Origin: an uncultured virus (IMG/VR IMGVR_UViG_3300009432_000017)
Taxonomy: Duplodnaviria > Heunggongvirae > Uroviricota > Caudoviricetes > Schitoviridae
IMG/VR virus record: IMGVR_UViG_3300009432_000017
DNA: 64,000 bases
Reading direction: 5' to 3' (one strand)
In this document: piece after piece, positions 16,450 through 27,054 of the stretch
Layout of the letters: the number at the start of each line of letters is the position of its first letter
How positions within the stretch are numbered: position 1 is the first letter of the stretch
Notes under the pieces: model-generated
The model's input: the letters and a program-made list of their open reading frames with translations, nothing else
Database searches by the model: none
Told to the model about the DNA's origin: nothing
Position numbers and translations under genes: made by a program

Positions 16450-19400
16450 ATGACAACTAGATATGCGATTGGAACAGTCACTCTAGTAGATGTGGCAGAT
16501 GGAGAAGACAGTGTCGTTGCGGGGCCAACGGGTACATCGGTTGCTTATGCCCAGCAATTCGACACCGTTGCTTCGCAGAATGAGATGCTAGTCCACTCAG
16601 GAACGAAAGAGCTTTCTACGGATAACTTCAGCGGTGCTTACTCCTATTTACTTACGTCAGCCATAGGCGGGGACCTCATATCTTCAGGTAGTGGAGGAGC
16701 TTTCTACCTAACAATTCCTGAAGATTTGGCCTTGTCTTTTGTAGGCAGTAAAGCTGTTTTTACCGTCTACGCTAAACCGCCAGCAGAGAACCCTAGTGCC
16801 GAGTTTGCGTTAGCCTACAGTACATCAGAAGTCGGAAATAGTGGGTTTACTACCTTCTCTCTTGTGGACCCTGAAACTGACTCGCCTAAAACTGAATGGG
16901 AAAAGTATTCTGCGGAATACATCGTTCCAGAGCCTGCCGCCGGCGGCGTAGATTATCTTATAATAGCGGCTGATACCGCATTGTCGGGTAAATCGGTACT
17001 AATAGATAATGTTAGAGTGGGGATTCAAGGGCCAAGAGGTGCAGGATGGTATACTGCTAAAGTACCTGCTGGCGTCACTTCTTGGTCGCTAGACCATACA
17101 ACAAGAGATGCAGAAGCGGATGCTGCTTGTCCTGATGGGCCTCAGTTAAATGACAGAGTTACCCTATACAGTAAAGAAGCGGGTAATGAGTTTTCAACAA
17201 CTAGATATTATCAATATGTATCTAATACACATAAATGGCAACCAGCAGCACTTGTAATTGATGGCAGTTTAATCGTAAAAGATACAGTCAGCGTTGATAA
17301 GTTACTAGTAAACGGAGCCATGGTTACTAAGTTATTTGCTGAAGATGTTACTGCAACAGGGACTATCACGGGTGCGACCCTGCTAGGTGGTAAACTTGAG
17401 GTTTCCAGTAATACTTCATCCAGAAAAGTCACAATTGATTCTGCTGCAAACTCACCGCTAGTTATTAATGACGGCACGAATGATGTACTACGCTTTGATG
17501 CCGATAACAAGTTGCAACTATCGGGTGGTCTTGCCGACAACACGATAAATAACCTTAGCATGTTTAGCAATTCAATATGGTCGCAGATAAAGTCTCCAAT
17601 ATCTGAGGGGGCTACGGGCGGTTCTTTCACAGCAGCGACAGCTTCAGGCGAATCTTCTATCACTAGCGTTGTAACTATGACTAACGTTAATACTAGTGAG
17701 TTAACGTTGGCAGTTAGATTTAATAGTGATTACTGGGACACAACCACAGTTCGCCCAGATTGGACTCTGACTGTTAACGTAAGAACCTGTGCTGTAACAG
17801 GTGAAGGTAATTATACTGCGTACACAACTATTCACAACCAAATGTATAGCGGTTACACAGAGACTGAAAGTGGAGAGGGAACGCGTTCGTCTATTAGCAT
17901 CAACTATGTAGGCAATAACACACCCGCTGCGATTACATTGGGAGGCGACGTACAGGTTCAATACACTGTTACTCACAATGCAGGTTCGCATACGAGTGGC
18001 TGGCTAACGTCAGCATCCGCGTCACAGACAGTGGCGGGTGGAGGCCAAGCTGGTGCGGCTACACTTCTGAATGGTAAAGAAGGCTCTTATTACCTGAACT
18101 ACAATAATTTCAGCAATACGCCAACCGTGCTGGCCAACGATGGAACCAGTACAGGTACTTATTCTACGTCAGGAAATATTCAATCGGGTAGGGGTTCTGG
18201 TGGTGTTGCGCTTACTATCAACGATGGATACGGTAATGCAAATGTAACATTTAACCACCAAAAAGGAGTCCCAGAGCAAACCGGTAACGCTGCACGAATT
18301 GAGTTTAATACAGATGGCACCTCCAATCCTACGATGACTTTTGAGTTAGGCACTGGTACTTCAGGGGCTGCTTTCCAAACTCCCACTATTCTGACTTTAA
18401 CCTCTACGGGTGCGGCTGTTACTGGGACTTTATCTACCACAGGCGGCAACTCTACCGACTGGAACACAGCCTACACTTATTCTCAGGTTGGTCACGTACC
18501 CTTAGTTGGTGGTACGATGACTGGTAACTTAACTGTATCCAACGGTGCTCCTTCAATTAAGTTTAATGACACAGACTCCGGCGCAGATGACTTCTGGATT
18601 CATATCAACAGTGACATATTCTATATACTTACAGATCGTGATGACAGCGGTAGTTGGGACGGTAATCACCCCCTCCAGCTTAGAAATCCTACTTCGGATG
18701 GGTTGTTATATGGTGCAGCTATCTACACGGCAAATAACTTTGGTAAGACTCAGATTGATGCACTTAATGTAGATGCTTCCACGGTAGATGGTTACTCTCT
18801 CTCAAAGGATAATGGGAATGGGGACACTATCGCACAGCGTAACGGTAGCGGTGACATTCACGCGAGACTGCTACGTTCTTCCTATAGTAACCAAAATACT
18901 ATAAGTGGAGCCTTGGCGTTTAGAGTGAATGGCACGAATGACAACTATAACCGCTATTGTTCTGATCGTGCTGCTATCCGCACTTGGCTGGATTTGTATA
19001 ACAAAGGAGAGGCTGATGCTAGGTATGTAAACGCTACTGATGGTCTATTGGAAGTTGATAGTACTACGAACACTGATGGGGCAGAGGCAACTCTAAGACT
19101 TAACAGTGCGTCTAAGCAAGGTTGCGATATTAGGCTTAACACTTACGACTCAAATATAGCACCTTTTGGTGTCCATATTGAACGTGCTGCTGACAATGCC
19201 CAGACTTCTAATAAAGCTTATCTTAGTGTGCAAGGGAACCTGTACATGGATGGGGATACCATGCAGAGCAACGGTAAAACCATGTTTAAAACTAATGATA
19301 ACTACCTGCGTATCAATGACCAAGCTCAATTCACTAGTGGTATCTACTGTGGCACTATGAAATTTAGGGCTGACGGACAGGTTAGGCTAGGAACGGGTGG

Positions 19401-19833
19401 TAACAATTGTATCATCGAGACTACTGGTAAAATCACATCACTCAATACTGTGACAGGTACTGATGTAATAGCCACGTCTGATATACGAGTGAAGCAGAAT
19501 CTTCAGTCTATATCTAATGCTGCTCTTAAGCTGAGAACTTTACGTACTACAACTCACGACCGTCTTGATCAAGATAAGGTTGATGGGAAATACCCGCGTA
19601 GAGCATCAGTGATCGCACAGGATATTGAAGCGGTCCTTCCTGAAGCCATTAACTACATCGACGATGACACGCTAGGTACAAAGTTAACTGTTTCTGTCCC
19701 TGCAACTGTTGTGCTAACCATAGCTGCTGTAAATGAGCATACAGATACCATAGCTGCACAAGCTAAGACTATCGTAAGTTTAGAGGAGAGACTGGCTAGG
19801 TTAGAAGCTCTAGTGGAGGCGTCACATGGCTGA
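16450..19833 (+). CDS. Long tail fibre with C-terminal intramolecular chaperone (peptidase S74)
   Basis: Gly/Thr-rich fibre repeats, GGTMTGNL, C-terminal SDIRVKQNL...IAQDIEAVLPEA plus coiled coil. Confidence 0.9.
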   Translation: MTTRYAIGTVTLVDVADGEDSVVAGPTGTSVAYAQQFDTVASQNEMLVHSGTKELSTDNFSGAYSYLLTSAIGGDLISSGSGGAFYLTIPEDLALSFVGSKAVFTVYAKPPAENPSAEFALAYSTSEVGNSGFTTFSLVDPETDSPKTEWEKYSAEYIVPEPAAGGVDYLIIAADTALSGKSVLIDNVRVGIQGPRGAGWYTAKVPAGVTSWSLDHTTRDAEADAACPDGPQLNDRVTLYSKEAGNEFSTTRYYQYVSNTHKWQPAALVIDGSLIVKDTVSVDKLLVNGAMVTKLFAEDVTATGTITGATLLGGKLEVSSNTSSRKVTIDSAANSPLVINDGTNDVLRFDADNKLQLSGGLADNTINNLSMFSNSIWSQIKSPISEGATGGSFTAATASGESSITSVVTMTNVNTSELTLAVRFNSDYWDTTTVRPDWTLTVNVRTCAVTGEGNYTAYTTIHNQMYSGYTETESGEGTRSSISINYVGNNTPAAITLGGDVQVQYTVTHNAGSHTSGWLTSASASQTVAGGGQAGAATLLNGKEGSYYLNYNNFSNTPTVLANDGTSTGTYSTSGNIQSGRGSGGVALTINDGYGNANVTFNHQKGVPEQTGNAARIEFNTDGTSNPTMTFELGTGTSGAAFQTPTILTLTSTGAAVTGTLSTTGGNSTDWNTAYTYSQVGHVPLVGGTMTGNLTVSNGAPSIKFNDTDSGADDFWIHINSDIFYILTDRDDSGSWDGNHPLQLRNPTSDGLLYGAAIYTANNFGKTQIDALNVDASTVDGYSLSKDNGNGDTIAQRNGSGDIHARLLRSSYSNQNTISGALAFRVNGTNDNYNRYCSDRAAIRTWLDLYNKGEADARYVNATDGLLEVDSTTNTDGAEATLRLNSASKQGCDIRLNTYDSNIAPFGVHIERAADNAQTSNKAYLSVQGNLYMDGDTMQSNGKTMFKTNDNYLRINDQAQFTSGIYCGTMKFRADGQVRLGTGGNNCIIETTGKITSLNTVTGTDVIATSDIRVKQNLQSISNAALKLRTLRTTTHDRLDQDKVDGKYPRRASVIAQDIEAVLPEAINYIDDDTLGTKLTVSVPATVVLTIAAVNEHTDTIAAQAKTIVSLEERLARLEALVEASHG

Positions 19834-21064
19834 TTTTCTTTATGATGTCACCACGTATAGTGATGCTGAAACTAACTTCCTAAGCGGTGGTGGTTCTCAG
19901 ATATTAAGCTCAAACGACAGGTTGGCCTTTCGATGGGTCTCTCATTCGGGAGGCAATCAACCGTCGAATGTCTATGTTTCGGGATGGAGTTCTACAGCGT
20001 GGACAGGAACGGCAAGTGCAACGCTGACGCTAGGTGGAGGGTATGTTTATCATACAGTTAAAAACCCACCTACCGAGCAGTCAGATGTCTTGTCGATATC
20101 TGCCACTTCGTATGACTCAGCAACATTCACGGCGTATGTATCAGACGGTATAGATAATACACCTAATGCCTTCACGTTAGGTTCTAATGTAGTGGGCGCT
20201 AGTCCAAACAATGTTTACTACTCACGGAGTTTTGTCATATCAGGGTTGTCTAACGGGACATACGCAACGGTGTCCGCTTCAGGTACGGCTCAGATAAGCA
20301 AGAACGGAGACACGTACACAACAGGGACTCTACTTGTCTACAATGACGACAGAGTGTGGACTCGAATGGCTGCATCATCAAGTTACGGTTCGTCGGTCAA
20401 TACAACTGTGAACGTAACAGGGGTAACGTCATATTGGGCTATAAGCACTATGGGCGACCCCGCTGATGGCACAATCCTAGAGTTTGGTCATGAGACTGGG
20501 AACATTACGCTCAATGATGTTAAAGCCTTCTTTGGCGGCGGTAATAATCTCGACAGTTACCGTAGGGATGAGTTTGTCCCTACGATATCCCCCGAAAATG
20601 ACAGCATTACCAACAACCCAAGTGTGTGGTTGAGGCTCACGCACTTCAGAGGCACCGTCACATCATTCTACTGGAGTGTGCCACCGCCAAATAAGCAGGC
20701 TAATGGCGACACTATGCAAGGCAGCAACACTTATTACCTCACTTGGCAGTCTTCTATAGATTGGCAATTAGGATACGGGGCAGGGATGACCGAGGTGTGT
20801 GAGTATAAGTTTGCGTTCATAGAGCAATCTAAGGAGACGTTGTCATCAGGTAGTAGTTATCCTAACGCTGACGTACAGATGAATAGCGTGAGCAACACAC
20901 AATGGGGGTTTAATAATAAGACTCTCGTTATTAGAGTCACGCCCGCGCAGGCCACGGAAGCCTTCTATGATGGAATTATTAGATGCTACGCAAGAAACAC
21001 TATAGATACTTCTATCGTGGTTACATCAGACATCTATTACAACTTCGCATTTAGCGCAAACTAA
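19826..21064 (+). CDS. Distal fibre adhesin / receptor-binding subunit
   Basis: Follows the S74 fibre; GNITLNDVKAFFGG attachment-like motif; aromatic beta-rich. Confidence 0.6.
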   Translation: MADFLYDVTTYSDAETNFLSGGGSQILSSNDRLAFRWVSHSGGNQPSNVYVSGWSSTAWTGTASATLTLGGGYVYHTVKNPPTEQSDVLSISATSYDSATFTAYVSDGIDNTPNAFTLGSNVVGASPNNVYYSRSFVISGLSNGTYATVSASGTAQISKNGDTYTTGTLLVYNDDRVWTRMAASSSYGSSVNTTVNVTGVTSYWAISTMGDPADGTILEFGHETGNITLNDVKAFFGGGNNLDSYRRDEFVPTISPENDSITNNPSVWLRLTHFRGTVTSFYWSVPPPNKQANGDTMQGSNTYYLTWQSSIDWQLGYGAGMTEVCEYKFAFIEQSKETLSSGSSYPNADVQMNSVSNTQWGFNNKTLVIRVTPAQATEAFYDGIIRCYARNTIDTSIVVTSDIYYNFAFSAN

Positions 21065-21094
21065 ATTCTTAACAACAAAACAAAAGGCACAACC

Positions 21095-21451
21095 ATGATC
21101 ACGACAACATTTACAGACCCGCAGGGCGCACTACATGAAAACGCAGTAGTTTATGTTCGCAACGCTAATTATAGTAAACAAATTAACGAATATTTCGCGC
21201 TAAATGTTAGCGATTTTGAAACTGTCACAAACCCCGATGCAAGTGTCTCTCAAAATATTAGATACAGCGCCTACTACTGGATAGATGCGGAAGCAAAAGC
21301 ATCAGGGGCTGCACCGTATATCCTGGCTAACTCTGGAGATATGGATATGGATTTTGGGTTCCAACCAGATGAAAATTATGAAGAGCTAACGCTGGAAGCA
21401 AAGTGTGAGAAGCACCTATTAGACGTCGTGCTGCCGCCAATGCAAGCCTAG
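21095..21451 (+). CDS. Tail-fibre-associated hypothetical protein
   Basis: 118-aa ORF at the end of the fibre cluster. Confidence 0.7.
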   Translation: MITTTFTDPQGALHENAVVYVRNANYSKQINEYFALNVSDFETVTNPDASVSQNIRYSAYYWIDAEAKASGAAPYILANSGDMDMDFGFQPDENYEELTLEAKCEKHLLDVVLPPMQA

Positions 21452-21602
21452 AAACAAAACTATACTAAATAAGTACTAACCTAAAAGCCCTTCTAGGTTT
21501 ACTTGCCTGACCATCTTATACGATGTTTAATGTCCGTCGAACCCATACCTCCCTGGTAAGAGTTTATCCCTCCCTTAACTTTATCAAGAAGTTAATCTAA
21601 AA

Positions 21603-23714
21603 ATGAATGATAGTACAAAGCCTACCTTAGAAGATCCCGCCAAGTTGACTGAGTGGGAAAACGAGCCGAAGCTCAGTCAACTTAAACAAGATTACGCTGA
21701 TGCGAAAATTGAAGCAGATAAACATGTCACTGATGTAGATCGTTGGCTTGATAACCTGCATATCAAAGGAAGTGCGAAGATTGCTAAAAGCAAGAGTCGT
21801 TCTAGTATCCAGCCGAAACTTATAAGGAAGCAAGCAGAGTGGCGTTATTCATCCCTGTCAGAACCCTTCCTCTCTACGGCTGACGTTTTTAACGTCAGCC
21901 CCGTCACCTTTGAAGATAAGCAAGCTGCAGTACAAAACGAGCTAATCCTAAACCACCAGTTTAATAACAAACTTGATAAAGTACACTTTATCGATGAGTA
22001 CGTTAGAACTGCTGTGGATGAAGGCACAATCGTTGTACGAACAGGTTGGGACTACGAACAAGAGATAGTAGAAAAAGAAGTACCGGTTTACTCGCAAAGA
22101 GTAAATACGGATCCTGCCTTTGCACAGCAATTGGCTCAAGCAGGACAGATGGCACAAGAAAATCCACAAGAGTTTGAGAAACAAGCTCCTGAAGATTTAA
22201 AGATGTCACTACAAGCTTCTATGGAAGCACAACAGCCTATTCAGGTATTCCAGTCAGGTACAGAGATGGTAGAAGAAACAGTTGTTCTTCGTAACCAACC
22301 TACTGCTGAAGTGTGTGACTACCGAGATATAGTTATAGACCCTACTTGTAAGGGTGTTTTAAAGAAAGCCAAGTTTGCTATATACCGTTTTACTACTTCT
22401 TTGGAAGAACTTAAAACAACAGGCATGTACAAGAACCTAGATGAAATAGTTACTAACACTAATTCTATTTTAGGTGAGCCAGATTATGATACTCCAGACA
22501 ATGACACCTTTAACTTTAAAGATGAGCCACGTAAGAAATTCATGGCTTATGAGTATTGGGGTTTCTGGGATATCAACAATGATGGGAAACCAAAAGCATT
22601 TGTAGCTACTTGGGTTGGAGAAACATTAATACGTTTAAGTAGTAATCCTTTCCCAGACCAACAATTACCTTTCGTAACTATACCAACATTACCTGTACGC
22701 AATTCAATATATGGTGAGCCAGATGGTGAGTTACTTAAAGACAACCAAGACGTTGTAGGTGCAGTTACAAGAGGCATGATTGATATCATGGCTAGTAACG
22801 CTAGTGGTCAGAAAGGTCGTCGTAAAGATGCCTTAGACATTACTAACCAACGTAAATACGATAAGGGTGACGACTACGAGTTCAACGTTCATGTTGATCC
22901 TAGGCAAGCTTTCTACACACACGTACCTGCAGAGATTCCTAACTCTTCTCAGTTCATGTATCAAATACAGAACATGGAAGCCGAGTCTATGACCGGGGTT
23001 AAGGCATTCGCTGATGGTATCAATGGTGCATCACTTGGCGATACAGCCACTGGTGTGAATGGTGTACTTGCTGCTTCAAGTAAACGTGAGTCAGGTATCT
23101 TACGAAGACTTGCAGACGGTATAACTCAGATAGGTAATAAGTTTATTTCTATGAACAGCGAGTTTCTTGCTGATGAAGAAATAGTGCGTATTACTAATGA
23201 CGAGTTTGTGGCCATTAACCGTGAAGCATTAGCTGGTTCATTTGACCTTAAACTATCCATCTCTACTGCAGAAGAAGATAACCAGAAAGCTCAAGAATTG
23301 GCTTTCATGTTACAGACTACTGGGCCTACTTCGGATCCAGGTGAAGTCAGAATGATTCGTGCAGAGATAGCTAGATTAAGAAGAATGCCTGAGTTAGCTA
23401 AGAAGATTGAAGATTATCAACCACAGCCTGACCCAATTGAGCAAATGAAAGCTCAATTAGAAGTTGAATTATTGAAAGCACAAATTGCTGAAGTTCAGGC
23501 TGAGGCTGCACAGCGGCAAGCCACTGCACAGCTAAACATGAGTAAAGCTGCAGAAACAGATTCACAGACCGACTTAAACAACCTTGATTTTGTAGAACAA
23601 GAGTCAGGTGTTAAGCAGGAACGTGACCTACAGAAGCAAGGCGAACAAGCCAAGTCCAATGCAAAGTTAGAAATGGTTAAGTCAGCCTTAGCACCAGAGA
23701 AACCTACTAAGTAA
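21603..23714 (+). CDS. Portal protein (N4 gp59-like)
   Basis: PKLIRKQAEWRY..LSEPFL, YEYWG, AESMTGVKAF, LDFVEQESGV motifs typical of N4-like portals. Confidence 0.93.
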   Translation: MNDSTKPTLEDPAKLTEWENEPKLSQLKQDYADAKIEADKHVTDVDRWLDNLHIKGSAKIAKSKSRSSIQPKLIRKQAEWRYSSLSEPFLSTADVFNVSPVTFEDKQAAVQNELILNHQFNNKLDKVHFIDEYVRTAVDEGTIVVRTGWDYEQEIVEKEVPVYSQRVNTDPAFAQQLAQAGQMAQENPQEFEKQAPEDLKMSLQASMEAQQPIQVFQSGTEMVEETVVLRNQPTAEVCDYRDIVIDPTCKGVLKKAKFAIYRFTTSLEELKTTGMYKNLDEIVTNTNSILGEPDYDTPDNDTFNFKDEPRKKFMAYEYWGFWDINNDGKPKAFVATWVGETLIRLSSNPFPDQQLPFVTIPTLPVRNSIYGEPDGELLKDNQDVVGAVTRGMIDIMASNASGQKGRRKDALDITNQRKYDKGDDYEFNVHVDPRQAFYTHVPAEIPNSSQFMYQIQNMEAESMTGVKAFADGINGASLGDTATGVNGVLAASSKRESGILRRLADGITQIGNKFISMNSEFLADEEIVRITNDEFVAINREALAGSFDLKLSISTAEEDNQKAQELAFMLQTTGPTSDPGEVRMIRAEIARLRRMPELAKKIEDYQPQPDPIEQMKAQLEVELLKAQIAEVQAEAAQRQATAQLNMSKAAETDSQTDLNNLDFVEQESGVKQERDLQKQGEQAKSNAKLEMVKSALAPEKPTK

Positions 23715-23792
23715 TACCCACCACGGACTCCCTTTCTGGGAGTTCTTACATAAACCTAATCTGTGTCATTTTGGCCAGGACAAGGAATAACC

Positions 23793-24140
23793 ATGAACGA
23801 ACAAAGCATTAATGAACAAATCCAATCTGTAGAAGTAAGTATGGATCACGCTAAAGAAGCTGTAGAGAAGAGTAAGTCTATTGCACGTCTTGTTAAGAAC
23901 CGTGACTTCAAGAAGATCATCCTCGATGGTTACTTTGAGCAAGAAGCTATTCGCTTAGTTACTTTGAAAGCTGATGCAGGCTTTCAGACTTCAGAAGACC
24001 AAGCCAGTATTCTTAAGCAGATGGACGGTATTGGTTCATTACGTGTATACCTCAACACTGTTAACCAACTAGGTGCAATGTCTGCCCGTGCTTTAGAAGA
24101 AGATGAGGAAACCTTAGCTGAACTAAGAGCTGAGGAATAA
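23793..24140 (+). CDS. N4 gp58-like protein
   Basis: NRDFKKIILDGYF motif; AAGGA RBS before ATG 23793; gene order. Confidence 0.8.
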   Translation: MNEQSINEQIQSVEVSMDHAKEAVEKSKSIARLVKNRDFKKIILDGYFEQEAIRLVTLKADAGFQTSEDQASILKQMDGIGSLRVYLNTVNQLGAMSARALEEDEETLAELRAEE

Positions 24141-24143
24141 CAG

Positions 24144-25268
24144 ATGTCTGTAGAAGAAAACAATCCCTTATCAATGTCTGATGAGCAATTCATGGAATCA
24201 GGTTTACCACCTTTAGAAACTACTAAAGAAGTGTCAACAGACACTGATGAGTATGTAGAGGCGGTTGAAGAAGATACTGAGTCTGCAGCCGAAGGCGAAG
24301 CAGACGAAGAGGCATCAGTTAGTGAAGAAGTTGTTGATGCGGAAAATGAGACAACTGAGGTCGATACAGAATCTGAGGAAGAAACAGATGAAGCTGATGA
24401 CTCTGAAGAATCAGTAGAAGAAGAAAAGTCTGTAATAGACTATGAGAGCGAGTATAAGAAGATATTGGCTCCCTTCAAGGCCAACGGTAAGGAGATACAG
24501 ATTGAGTCTGTTGACGATGCCGTACAGCTCATGCAAATGGGCGCTAACTACAATAAAAAGATGGCTGCATTAAAACCCAACCTTAAACTACTTAAGATGT
24601 TGGAGAACAATAGCCTACTTACAGAAGAAAAGTTATCTTACCTTATTGATTTGGATCGCAAAGACCCAGATGCTATTAAGAAGTTAGTTAAAGATAGTAA
24701 GATAGACACATACGAATTAGAAAACTCCGACGATGCAAGTGAGTACAAACCTAAAACTTACACTGTCGATGATAGCGAACTAGCGTTAGATGCCGTCCTT
24801 GAGGATATCTCAAGTACTCCGACATATAGCACTACTGTAGATGTTATCGGTACTAAGTGGGATGAAGCTAGTCGCAAAGACATCGTTAAAAATCCAGAAA
24901 TAATCAGAGTTATTAATGAGCATATCAGTAATGGTATATACGAGTTAATTAGCACTGAGACAGAAAAAGAAAAAATGCTTGGGCGGTTATCAGGAATGAC
25001 TGATATCGAAGCATACCGCCAAGTAGGAGATCGACTTTATGCAGAAGGCAAATTTGGTGCTGCAACACCTCAAGCCGAATCCAGCAAAAGTATCGAGACA
25101 CCTACGAAAACAAGAGCAAAAACCACAGACCCTAAAGTTGTTGAGCGTAAGCGTGCTGCCGCACCTACTAAGTCCAATCCGTCTGCTTCATCACCCACCG
25201 AAGATTTTAATCCCTTGAACTTGTCAGATGAAGAATTTGAAAAACAGTTCTCTAGCAAGTACACATAA
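24144..25268 (+). CDS. N4 gp57-like protein (acidic, likely scaffold)
   Basis: Acidic N-terminus, PFKANGK...LMQMGANY..KM, C-terminal NPLNLSDEEF; directly upstream of the capsid gene. Confidence 0.85.
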   Translation: MSVEENNPLSMSDEQFMESGLPPLETTKEVSTDTDEYVEAVEEDTESAAEGEADEEASVSEEVVDAENETTEVDTESEEETDEADDSEESVEEEKSVIDYESEYKKILAPFKANGKEIQIESVDDAVQLMQMGANYNKKMAALKPNLKLLKMLENNSLLTEEKLSYLIDLDRKDPDAIKKLVKDSKIDTYELENSDDASEYKPKTYTVDDSELALDAVLEDISSTPTYSTTVDVIGTKWDEASRKDIVKNPEIIRVINEHISNGIYELISTETEKEKMLGRLSGMTDIEAYRQVGDRLYAEGKFGAATPQAESSKSIETPTKTRAKTTDPKVVERKRAAAPTKSNPSASSPTEDFNPLNLSDEEFEKQFSSKYT

Positions 25269-25284
25269 ATAGGTAGTTCACAAC

Positions 25285-26457
25285 ATGCCAGAATTAAAGC
25301 AGCAATATAAAGATCCAGCAGGCGACACACCCTCCAGTGTAGGTGCTCAGTTACGTACCGATCACTTTTCCAAGAAAGCGCTTATAGAAGCGGTTAAGGA
25401 AGAGTATTTTGGGCAATTGGCTTCTAGCCGCAACATGCCTAAAAACATGGGTAAGACAATTAAGCTTTACCATTACTTACCGTTACTAGATGACCGTAAC
25501 CAAAATGACCAAGGTATCGATGCCGCAGGTGCAGCAATTGCCGATGGTAACTTGTATGGTTCATCTAAAGATGTAGGAACTATTAATGGCAAGATTCCTC
25601 TGTTATCAGAGAATGGTGGCCGAGTTAACCGTATTGGCTTCAAGCGTTTAGTACTTGAAGGCACAATTGAGAAAATGGGTTTCTTCGACGAGTACACACA
25701 AGAGTCTTTAGACTTTGACTCTGATGAAGACCTGATGATGCACGTTAACCGTGAGATGGTTGTTGGTGCAGATCAGCTTACTGAGGCTATGCTTCAATCT
25801 GATTTGTTGACTGCCGCCTCTACTATTAAGTATGCCGGTTCTGCAACTACTCAAGCTACTGTTACTCCAACTTCACTAGTTATTTATGATGACTTAGTTA
25901 AGCTTGGTATTGACCTTGACAACAACCGCACACCTAAGCAAACCAAAGTAATCACTGGTACTCGTATTATTGATACTAAAGTTGTTTCAGGTGGTCGTGT
26001 TATGTACTGTGCGTCTGAGTTGTTGCCTACTTTAATGGCAATGAAGGATTACCACGACAATCCTGCTTTCATTGAAGTGAAGCACTATGCTTCTAACGGT
26101 TCTACTCTACGTGGTGAAGTTGGTTCTATTGCTGGCTTCCGTATTATCAATCCTTTAGAAATGCAACGCTATGAAGGCACAGGCGCTACAGGTAACGGTA
26201 CTAGTTATGAGACTGGCGGTAAAGTTGATGTATTCCCAATGCTTGTTGTTGGTGATGAATCATTCGCTACTATTGGTTTCCAGACTGACGGTAAGACTGT
26301 TAAGTTTAAGATTATCCACAAGAAACCAGGTGTTGAAACTGCGGATCGTACTGACCCGTTTGGTGAAACTGGCTTCATGGCTATCAAATGGTACTACGGC
26401 TTCTTGCCACTACGTACCGAACGTATAGCAGTATTGTTAACCGCTGCTAAGGCATAA
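25285..26457 (+). CDS. Major capsid protein (N4 gp56-like)
   Basis: [49 protein letters not shown]. Confidence 0.95.
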   Translation: MPELKQQYKDPAGDTPSSVGAQLRTDHFSKKALIEAVKEEYFGQLASSRNMPKNMGKTIKLYHYLPLLDDRNQNDQGIDAAGAAIADGNLYGSSKDVGTINGKIPLLSENGGRVNRIGFKRLVLEGTIEKMGFFDEYTQESLDFDSDEDLMMHVNREMVVGADQLTEAMLQSDLLTAASTIKYAGSATTQATVTPTSLVIYDDLVKLGIDLDNNRTPKQTKVITGTRIIDTKVVSGGRVMYCASELLPTLMAMKDYHDNPAFIEVKHYASNGSTLRGEVGSIAGFRIINPLEMQRYEGTGATGNGTSYETGGKVDVFPMLVVGDESFATIGFQTDGKTVKFKIIHKKPGVETADRTDPFGETGFMAIKWYYGFLPLRTERIAVLLTAAKA

Positions 26458-26476
26458 CACCCATAAGTAACCTTTC

Positions 26477-26506
26477 GCCCCCTTACAACCTGTAAGGGGG
26501 CTTTTT
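26477..26506 (+). terminator. Intrinsic terminator after the capsid gene
   Basis: GCCCCCTTACA-ACC-TGTAAGGGGGC-TTTTT. Confidence 0.9.
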
Positions 26507-26534
26507 ACCTTCCCACATACACTGAGTTAAACAT

Positions 26535-27053
26535 ATGACCGATATCACCAATGATGCTCCTAGCGAGTTAGACACATTAAAAGAACGTGCTAAAACTATG
26601 GGTATTAAGTTTCATCCAAGTATTAGCCTCTCTACGCTACGAGACAAAGTTAACGAATCACTTACTCCTGTTGTAAAAGAAACAACTGTTGCACCTAAAT
26701 CAGATACGGCTAAGGCACGCCTATCAGCTTCTGCATTAGTTCGTGTGAATGTAGTCTGCATGAACCCAGCCAAGAAAGAATGGCCAGGTGAAATATTTAT
26801 TACTGGTAATTCACAAATTGGTACCTTTAAGAAGTATGTCCATTTTGACACTACTGATGGTTACCATGTTCCTAAGATCATATTCGATATGATTAAGGCC
26901 AAGAAATTCCAGATGTTCAAAACAGAAATCACCAAGAATGGTGTATCTAAGCGTGTAGGTATGCTTGCTAATGAGTTTGCCATCGAAGAGTTACCGCAGC
27001 TTACTAAAGCAGAATTAGCTGACTTAGCTAAGCAACAAGCAGCGAGAGGCTAA
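26535..27053 (+). CDS. N4 gp55-like protein
   Basis: LKERAKTMGIKFHPSI, CMNPAKKEWPGEI, LT..ELADLA..QA. Confidence 0.85.
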   Translation: MTDITNDAPSELDTLKERAKTMGIKFHPSISLSTLRDKVNESLTPVVKETTVAPKSDTAKARLSASALVRVNVVCMNPAKKEWPGEIFITGNSQIGTFKKYVHFDTTDGYHVPKIIFDMIKAKKFQMFKTEITKNGVSKRVGMLANEFAIEELPQLTKAELADLAKQQAARG

Positions 27054-27054
27054 T

